From assembly GCA_965204725.1 (NCBI GenBank), contig OZ242005.1:4480001-4544000 (forward strand): 64,000 nt of DNA, read 5' to 3'. The notes under the pieces were generated by a model. The model was not told the origin of the DNA. It ran no database searches and saw nothing but the letters and a program-made list of their open reading frames with translations. Positions 57,447 through 64,000 of this stretch are shown piece by piece. A program made the translations under genes and the position numbers. The stretch comes from Candidatus Latescibacterota bacterium (GTDB lineage Bacteria; Latescibacterota; UBA2968; UBA8231). The first letter of the stretch is position 1, and each line of letters opens with the position of its first letter.

Positions 57447-58817
57447 ATGAACGACCCCGCATTCCCAACCCCAGCCCTGCTCTACCGCAAGGTTGCCCTG
57501 CCTCCCGCGTTCACCCGTCCCGACGCAAGCGGCCGGCGGGTAGGGGGCGACCTCCGCATCGGCGATCTGACTGGAGACGGGCAAGCCGATTTTTTGGTGT
57601 ACAACGCCTTGGGGGGCATCAAGCCTTGCTTCCTTGGGGCCTTTTCGCTCGCTGGCGAGCCGCTCTGGGCCGTGGGGGATCGGGACTTGACCGCTCTCGA
57701 CGCCGATGGCTTGGGACACCTCGCGACGATTGCGCCCGATCGCCCGGGACCGGTAGCCATCTGCGACATCGACCAAGACGGGCAGCAAGAAGTCCTCTGC
57801 TTCCTCGTCGATCCCCACGTAAAACGCACCAGCAAATGGAACCTCGCAGACGTTCACATCGCCATCCTCGACGGGCGCACCGGCGGGGTCAAACGCTGCG
57901 CCGCGCCCGAGGAACTGACGCGCTGCAACGCCTACGCAGACGGGGAAATGCACATCCCCAACTACGTGCATCAGCGGCTGGTGATCGCCAACTTCTCTGG
58001 GCACGACCAGCCGCGGGATTTCGTCGTCAAGCTGGGCAGCGATGTCCTCGCGTTCAACGACCGGCTCGAAGTGCTGTGGCACTATCGCAGCAAGTGGCAC
58101 CGCTATCCGGGGCACGCGGCGTACATTCCGGCCGTCGGCGACTTGGACGGCGATGGGTGCGACGAGGTCAACGGCGGCCACTTTGGCCTCGACCACGACG
58201 GGCGCGTCTTGTGGGAAACCTTCTTGGGCGATCATGCAGACAGCGTGTTGGTCGATCGTTGGGGGACGGAGGCCGCGGCCATGGTCTCGGGCGAAGGCCA
58301 AGTGCTCGACGGCAGCGGGCGACGCTTGCTGCACTTGGGGGCAAACGCGGTGCCGCACGGGCAGGAGGTGCGCTGCGGCAATTTGCGGCCCGAGCGACCG
58401 GGCCGCGAACTAGCCATCCGCTACAACGGGCACCATGCAGACGTCCTGATCGTCGCGCACAGCGGCGCGGTGCTCAGCCGCTTTCGGGTGGATGAGTCGC
58501 CAAACAACACCGGGTTAGAAATCGTGCGCTGGAATGGGCCGGAGCAAGGGGATTTGCTGTACAGTCCCGCCGCCCTGTTCAATGGCCGCGGCCACAAGGT
58601 CGTCACCTTCCCGGACTTGCCCGCGCCGACCGGCGGCAAAATGGGGTGGTATCACTGCTTTCCGGCCGATGTGTGCGGCGACGAGCGCGAGGAAGTGGTG
58701 CTGTACGATCCGTACAGCGATGCCGCATACATCTACACGCCCGCGCCGCTCGACGAGAGCCAGTTTGGCCGCTACCACCACGGCCCGCGCCAGTACAACG
58801 CCCGTCTAATCAATTGA
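57447..58817 (+). CDS. FG-GAP/rhamnogalacturonan-lyase-like beta-propeller protein
   Basis: GDLTGDGQAD, DIDQDGQQE, GDLDGDGCDE, DVCGDEREE Ca-loop repeats. Confidence 0.7.
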   Translation: MNDPAFPTPALLYRKVALPPAFTRPDASGRRVGGDLRIGDLTGDGQADFLVYNALGGIKPCFLGAFSLAGEPLWAVGDRDLTALDADGLGHLATIAPDRPGPVAICDIDQDGQQEVLCFLVDPHVKRTSKWNLADVHIAILDGRTGGVKRCAAPEELTRCNAYADGEMHIPNYVHQRLVIANFSGHDQPRDFVVKLGSDVLAFNDRLEVLWHYRSKWHRYPGHAAYIPAVGDLDGDGCDEVNGGHFGLDHDGRVLWETFLGDHADSVLVDRWGTEAAAMVSGEGQVLDGSGRRLLHLGANAVPHGQEVRCGNLRPERPGRELAIRYNGHHADVLIVAHSGAVLSRFRVDESPNNTGLEIVRWNGPEQGDLLYSPAALFNGRGHKVVTFPDLPAPTGGKMGWYHCFPADVCGDEREEVVLYDPYSDAAYIYTPAPLDESQFGRYHHGPRQYNARLIN

Positions 58818-58836
58818 CCCAGAGCGATTGGCAGCC

Positions 58837-60084
58837 ATGGCAAAAATCCTGATCGTATCCATCGACTGCTGGCGCTACGACGCCCTGAGCCGGACGAACC
58901 CGCGCTTTAATACGCCCAAATTCGACTTGCTGACGCGGGATTACGCCTTTGCCGAGCGCTACTTTGTCACCGCGCCGGCGACTCGTCCTTCGCACACCTC
59001 GCTGTTTACCGGGCTGTATCCTTTTGAGCACGGGCTTTTTGGGCAGACCTACCTCAAGATGTTCGCTGGCGTGGTCAACCTGTTCGACGTTTTTGCCGCG
59101 GCCGGGTACAGCGTGCGGGGGTTTTCCGAACGGCCGGACGTCTTCCGCTTCCTCGACTTCGCGCCTTTTATCGGGCCGGTTGATCCACGAGCCACCCAGC
59201 AGCACTTGGGGTCGCTCGAACGCCTGTGCGCCGAGCTGATCGAGCCGAGTGGGCCGCAGTTTAAGTTCCTCCACTTTTGGTACACGCACGGCGGCTACGG
59301 CTTGGGCGGCATACCCCATCCGCCCGATTTGCGGCAGTTGGTGGCCGCCGGGCAGGTGGGCGAAGCCCTGCGCTACTACGAAGCGGCTGTGACCCACGTG
59401 CTGGAGTTTTCCCTCGTCGAGCTAGTCAAGCGAATCGACCTCGACGAGTGGGCGGTCTTTATCTGCGGCGATCACGGCGAGGGATTTTGTGGGGAGGTTA
59501 TGGCGCACGGCGACCGGCTGCATCCCAACGTGGTTCACGTGCCCATGCTGGCGCACGTGCCGGGCGGGTTCTCCTTTCCGTGCGACCGAGCGATTTCCGC
59601 CATCGATCTGTTTCCAACCATCGCGGCGTTGGCCGACCTGCCGGTTGACTACCGGGGATTTGGGCAGAACTGGCTGGAGCCGAGCGCGGCGTCAGCCGAG
59701 CGTTGGGTCCTATCTGAGCTAGACAGCCTGTACGGGGTGGGCTTTCTCAACCCGGCCAATCTGCGCCTGCCCGAGGAGCGCGTCACTGCGCCTACGGCTA
59801 TCAACGGGGAGGAAATAGCGCGCTGTGCCGAGGGCATCCGCGAGTGGTGCCTGTGCGATGGACGGCATTTCTACCGCGAGAACGAACAGACGGGCGAATA
59901 TGTCCTGCGCGACCTGCGCCACGGCGACGACAACTTGGCTTGCGCGGAACCATCGTCCTATCGCGCGCAATACCGCGCCCTGCGGGAGCACTCCTCGTAT
60001 CAACAGATGCCGGCGCAAGGGGCGGTCGCTGGCGAGGCCGAGCTCCTCAAAGAGCGCCTGCGCGCCCTCGGGTATCTAGATTGA
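58837..60084 (+). CDS. Sulfatase-like hydrolase/transferase (Thr nucleophile)
   Basis: SIDCWRYD, ATRPSHTSLFTG, GDHGE, HVP, ERLRALGYL. Confidence 0.85.
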   Translation: MAKILIVSIDCWRYDALSRTNPRFNTPKFDLLTRDYAFAERYFVTAPATRPSHTSLFTGLYPFEHGLFGQTYLKMFAGVVNLFDVFAAAGYSVRGFSERPDVFRFLDFAPFIGPVDPRATQQHLGSLERLCAELIEPSGPQFKFLHFWYTHGGYGLGGIPHPPDLRQLVAAGQVGEALRYYEAAVTHVLEFSLVELVKRIDLDEWAVFICGDHGEGFCGEVMAHGDRLHPNVVHVPMLAHVPGGFSFPCDRAISAIDLFPTIAALADLPVDYRGFGQNWLEPSAASAERWVLSELDSLYGVGFLNPANLRLPEERVTAPTAINGEEIARCAEGIREWCLCDGRHFYRENEQTGEYVLRDLRHGDDNLACAEPSSYRAQYRALREHSSYQQMPAQGAVAGEAELLKERLRALGYLD

Positions 60085-61163
60085 CTGCCGCGGCTCACCT
60101 ATTCGTCTGGTTGCTCGTCTTGGCCGGGTGCGGCGAGGATCCGAGCGTGGATAGCACCCCAAGCGGCGACTGTGCCGGCAACATTCTGCCGGGCAACCAC
60201 ATCGTGCGCTCGCGCGGAGATGCGGACGCGCTGGAGAAGGAGGGCCGATGCAATTACACCATTGCCGGCGACCTCGAAATTACGCGCCTAAACCTCGCTC
60301 TTTTTGAGGGCTTGAACCAGCTCAGCACCGTGGATGGCAACCTCACTATCCACGACAACGACGAACTCAAAAACTTTGAGGGACTAAACGACCTCGCCTC
60401 CGTGGGGGGAGACGTCGCCATCTACGACAACGGCGAACTCGTCAACCTCAAGGGGCTATCCTTCCTCCACACAATCGGCGGGCACTTTAGCGTCTCCCAC
60501 AACGACAAGCTGGTCGCCGTAGATGGCCTCATCAAACTCAATGCCGTCGCCGGCGACGTCCGCATCGACAACAACAACCAACTGGCCGATGTCAACGGCC
60601 TGTTCGGCCTCACCGCGGTCGGCGGCAGCTTCACCATTGCGTTCAACCCCTCGCTCGCGCTCGTAGAAGACCTCTCGAATCTCAGCAGCGTGGGCGGCGA
60701 CCTCGTCGTCGAGGACAACGGGGCCCTCACCGCGCTGGAGGACATATCGGCCCTAAAGGAGATTGGCGGCAGCTTGCGGATTGGACGCAACGCCGCGTTG
60801 GACCTCGTCGAGGACGTATCGAGCCTAACGCACATCGGCCAAGACCTGAGCGTGCATAGCAACCCGCGGCTGACGAGCATCGCCGGGCTGGCCCAGCTCA
60901 GCCGGGTTGGCCGGGACCTCAACCTCTACAACAACGAAAAACTGACCTCTTTGACGGGATTGGAAAGCCTTGAGCAGGTTGGCCGGGACCTCAATCTCTA
61001 CGACAACGAAAAACTGACGAGTCTCGCCGGGCTGGCCCAGCTCGTCGGCATTGGGCGCAACGTGCTCATCGTCGAAAACGGCAACGTCCCTACGAGCGAG
61101 GCCCAAGCCTTGGCCGATCGGGCCGCGACGGGCGAGGTGTCCATCGCCAACAACGCGGATTAA
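60081..61163 (+). CDS. Lipoprotein with receptor L-domain/leucine-rich repeats
   Basis: Lipobox LAGC; ~24-aa repeats L..VGGDL.I.DN..L..L.GL; TTG start overlapping the upstream stop. Confidence 0.8.
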   Translation: MTAAAHLFVWLLVLAGCGEDPSVDSTPSGDCAGNILPGNHIVRSRGDADALEKEGRCNYTIAGDLEITRLNLALFEGLNQLSTVDGNLTIHDNDELKNFEGLNDLASVGGDVAIYDNGELVNLKGLSFLHTIGGHFSVSHNDKLVAVDGLIKLNAVAGDVRIDNNNQLADVNGLFGLTAVGGSFTIAFNPSLALVEDLSNLSSVGGDLVVEDNGALTALEDISALKEIGGSLRIGRNAALDLVEDVSSLTHIGQDLSVHSNPRLTSIAGLAQLSRVGRDLNLYNNEKLTSLTGLESLEQVGRDLNLYDNEKLTSLAGLAQLVGIGRNVLIVENGNVPTSEAQALADRAATGEVSIANNAD

Positions 61164-61906
61164 GCCATCCCAGTAATAACTTGCTCCACCTCGGCAACGG
61201 TCGTCTCCTTGGGATCGATGTCGTCGGCGACGACGCGGCCTTGGCGCAGCACCACGATCCGGTCCACAACCTCAAAGACGTGGTGGATGTTGTGCGCGAT
61301 GAAAATGCAGGAGTGGCCCGAATCGCGGGCGTTGCGGACGAAGTGCAAGACGCCTTGGGTCTCGGCGACTCCTAGGTTGTTGGTCGGCTCGTCGAGAATG
61401 ATTAGCTCGCTATCGAAGTGCATGGCCCGCGCAATGGCCACGGATTGACGCTCGCCGCCCGACAACGCACCGATGGGCGTCGTGGGGGGAATGTCCTTTT
61501 CAATGCCCACCTGCTTGAGCAAGGCACGGGCCACATTGGCCATGGCGTCTTGGTCCATGCGCCCTAAAAACCTCGGGCCTTTTAGGGGTTCGCGGCCCAA
61601 GAAAAAATTCCGCGCAATGGACAATTCCGCTACGAGGGCGGAGTCTTGGTAGATGGTTTCAATGCCGTAGCTAATGGCGTCGGCCGTGCTCTTTATGTCG
61701 GCTCGCGCACCGCGAATGAAGATGGCGCCGCTGCTGGCGGGGACGGCCCCGGAGAGAATTTTGATCAGCGTGGATTTACCGGCTCCATTGTCGCCGAGCA
61801 AGCCGACGATCTCGCGCTCGTTGACCGTCAGGTGGACGTTTTCGAGGGCATGCACCCGGCCGTAGGACTTGCTGATGTTTTTCATCTGGACTAGTGCCGC
61901 TGTCAT
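61160..61906 (-). CDS. Monosaccharide ABC transporter ATP-binding protein
   Basis: GDNGAGKST, LSGGERQ, ILDEPT. Confidence 0.92.
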   Translation of the reverse strand: MTAALVQMKNISKSYGRVHALENVHLTVNEREIVGLLGDNGAGKSTLIKILSGAVPASSGAIFIRGARADIKSTADAISYGIETIYQDSALVAELSIARNFFLGREPLKGPRFLGRMDQDAMANVARALLKQVGIEKDIPPTTPIGALSGGERQSVAIARAMHFDSELIILDEPTNNLGVAETQGVLHFVRNARDSGHSCIFIAHNIHHVFEVVDRIVVLRQGRVVADDIDPKETTVAEVEQVITGMA

Positions 61907-61909
61907 CGG

Positions 61910-64000
61910 CTAGTCTCCCTTGATGAAGTCGGCGATGGCGCGAATTTCCGCTTGAGTGAGGTCCAACGACTCCTTGGATGTGCCCGGGGCAAACTGCTTG
62001 GGATCGGCGAGAAACCGTTCCAAGTCGGCTGGCGTCCACACCATGTCTAGCGAGCGGAGCGCGTCTGAGAACAGGTAGCCGTTGACCGCACCCACACGCC
62101 GCCCAAGCACCCCGACGAGGTGCGGACCCATGCCGTGTTTCTCGGCATTCAGGCTGTGACAACCGCTGCAATATGCGTCGTATAGCTGAGCACCGGTCGC
62201 CGCGACCGTACCCACCGTATCCTCGCAGTCGATCGCATAGACGTTGCGGTTCCACTTCGATTCATCGGCGCAGTGGGCGTAGGATCGGCTCAGGAAATGG
62301 ACCCATCCCTCATCGACCAACAGCGCGAGACGTCGATCCGGCATTTGCGCGAGATCCCGGATCCGAGAGCCTACTTCAATGCGCTCGACGTATTGCACGT
62401 CCGTGCCGTCGCGCCGAACTCGAAAGAGCGCGTAGCCGCTCCCCTGTGTACCGGAAAGCGAACCGATCAGCAGATCGTCTCTCCACAGCGGGAACAGGTG
62501 CTCGTCATTGACGATGACGCTGGAGATGCCGATGGACGGCACCCAAGCGAAAACGGGCTTGATGAAGCCATCGTGTAGCCCCACCGCTTCGGCACGGGAC
62601 ATTCGGGACACATTGACCGTGCTTCCATACCCGACGCCATAGGAGACCTGCGGCCAACCGTAATTGCCGCCTGCTACCAGCACGTTGAGTTCACCGCCGC
62701 CTTGCGGTCCGTGCTCGGTTTCCCACAAGTGGCCGGCCGCATCCCGGATCAGCCCTTGCGGATTGCGAAGGCCGAACGCCAGCGTCTCCGCCCGGCCGGT
62801 CTTGATTTCAACGCGGACGAGCTTGCCCAAGTGTGAGGCCGGGTCTTGAGCATACTCACCTTGACCATGATCGCCAGTTACGACCAGCAAGTGGTCGGGC
62901 CCGTCCGTCAACATCCGGCCGCCCGCGTGGTCTCCTCCTCCCGTGGCGTCTGCGGTTGGTAGGCAGGGTTCGGCGTCGAATACCGTTCTCCACTCCGGCG
63001 ACACTGAAACGTCCGCGCCTTGTTGCAAAAGCGTCGTCGCGGACAACCGGAACCGCAGGCACTCGCCAGTGAAGTAGTGATGCGTCACAAACAGTTCATA
63101 CCGCCCGGCCGAATGCCGTTTCAACAAAATGTCGGCCACTCGAAACCGGTCCGAGCGGAAATTTGCTTGGTCCGGGTGCGCGAGGAGTTCGGCCTTGTTC
63201 ATCGGCACGTTCCCCTCTAGATACGCCACCTCCCCGGTTGGCCGCACCAGCGCGAACCGCCCGTGCGGCGTGGCCACGAGCAAGTCGTTGCCCAACGGTG
63301 CGATAGCCCCACCCCAAGCGCGATCCCAGCGGAGCCGGACCCACAACGATTGCAGATCATACAGGTGCGTCGTGAGCATCTCAGGGTGGGGGCGTGGAGC
63401 AGGGGGCGGGCTACCGCATCCCGGCGTCGTGGACGCCTCGGCCGCGACGACGCCCAACACCGCTGTCGCGGAGTACGACACGCCACCTTGGTCATAGTCC
63501 ACCTGCACCGACAAGCACTTCCCTTGCAGTTCGGGCTCCATGAAGTACTGATAAGACGGTCCACCTCCACGCTTGGGCAATACCTTGCAATCAGACCCGT
63601 CCGCGTTGCACATAAACCAATGCCACGGCGACCGACGTACAAATGGATATAGGCTTTCCATGCTAACTTTTGCGAATTTTCCCATCAGGGGCTGGTCGCT
63701 GCTAATCGTGGCGGCTGAGGACGCTTGGAGCACAGGGGCTGTTATCGGAACCGGGAACGACCACTCAGAGGACCTCGCGGTGTTGACTGCGGCCACCCGA
63801 ACCTCGTACTGCATCCCGCTCATCGCCCACATATTCGCGATGGTATAGGGCGAGGAGGGTGCAGGGTATTCGCGCCATGCAGGGACGAGTTGGTTTTTCG
63901 GCCGGACGGCGATCTTGTAACTCGTCGCGCCGGGAATTTCGCGCCAAGAGATCGTAAGGCGTCGGTTGGCAGCACTCACGGCAACGTCGGTGGGCGTACC
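61910..64000 (-). CDS. FN3-PQQ-dependent glucose/sorbosone dehydrogenase-cytochrome c fusion, 5'-partial
   Basis: Frame open to the window end (GTPTDVAVSAA); FN3 YEVRVAAVN; GLRNPQG, TEHGPQGG, GGNYGWP; CSGCH heme motif. Confidence 0.85.
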   Translation of the reverse strand, partial: GTPTDVAVSAANRRLTISWREIPGATSYKIAVRPKNQLVPAWREYPAPSSPYTIANMWAMSGMQYEVRVAAVNTARSSEWSFPVPITAPVLQASSAATISSDQPLMGKFAKVSMESLYPFVRRSPWHWFMCNADGSDCKVLPKRGGGPSYQYFMEPELQGKCLSVQVDYDQGGVSYSATAVLGVVAAEASTTPGCGSPPPAPRPHPEMLTTHLYDLQSLWVRLRWDRAWGGAIAPLGNDLLVATPHGRFALVRPTGEVAYLEGNVPMNKAELLAHPDQANFRSDRFRVADILLKRHSAGRYELFVTHHYFTGECLRFRLSATTLLQQGADVSVSPEWRTVFDAEPCLPTADATGGGDHAGGRMLTDGPDHLLVVTGDHGQGEYAQDPASHLGKLVRVEIKTGRAETLAFGLRNPQGLIRDAAGHLWETEHGPQGGGELNVLVAGGNYGWPQVSYGVGYGSTVNVSRMSRAEAVGLHDGFIKPVFAWVPSIGISSVIVNDEHLFPLWRDDLLIGSLSGTQGSGYALFRVRRDGTDVQYVERIEVGSRIRDLAQMPDRRLALLVDEGWVHFLSRSYAHCADESKWNRNVYAIDCEDTVGTVAATGAQLYDAYCSGCHSLNAEKHGMGPHLVGVLGRRVGAVNGYLFSDALRSLDMVWTPADLERFLADPKQFAPGTSKESLDLTQAEIRAIADFIKGD

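Overview
GC-rich bacterial chromosome segment. A FlgD-type C-terminal sorting domain, Rpn-like genes, sulfatases and several eukaryote-like repeat proteins suggest an uncultured FCB-group organism, possibly Latescibacterota-like and host-associated (inference). 1-4 kb: a partial Rpn-family gene with an internal promoter and SD, and a decayed IS110 inserted into a REP palindrome. The IS110 non-coding end still shows a readable bridge-RNA with guides matching that REP. 4.1-16.3 kb: the main candidate system, a co-directional cluster of three mosaic Ser/Thr kinases with swapped C-terminal sensors, an active plus a catalytically dead trypsin-TM-FHA pair, two FHA proteins, a PP2C phosphatase, and a MotA/ExbB-like channel with an Asp-TM-vWA partner. 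16-47 kb: mostly housekeeping genes (ppk2/pap, aroC, carA, proC-hisH-hisF-proB-ftsB-recO-glyQS, tRNA-Leu, tig-clpP-clpX, engB-serA-purA-prpB-prpC). A 2.3-kb Mrr-carrying islet lies between clpX and engB, flanked by a perfect 61-bp direct repeat. 47-64 kb: accessory catabolic and hypothetical genes, TA remnants and MITE/REP repeats. All calls come from reading motifs by eye; no database searches were run.
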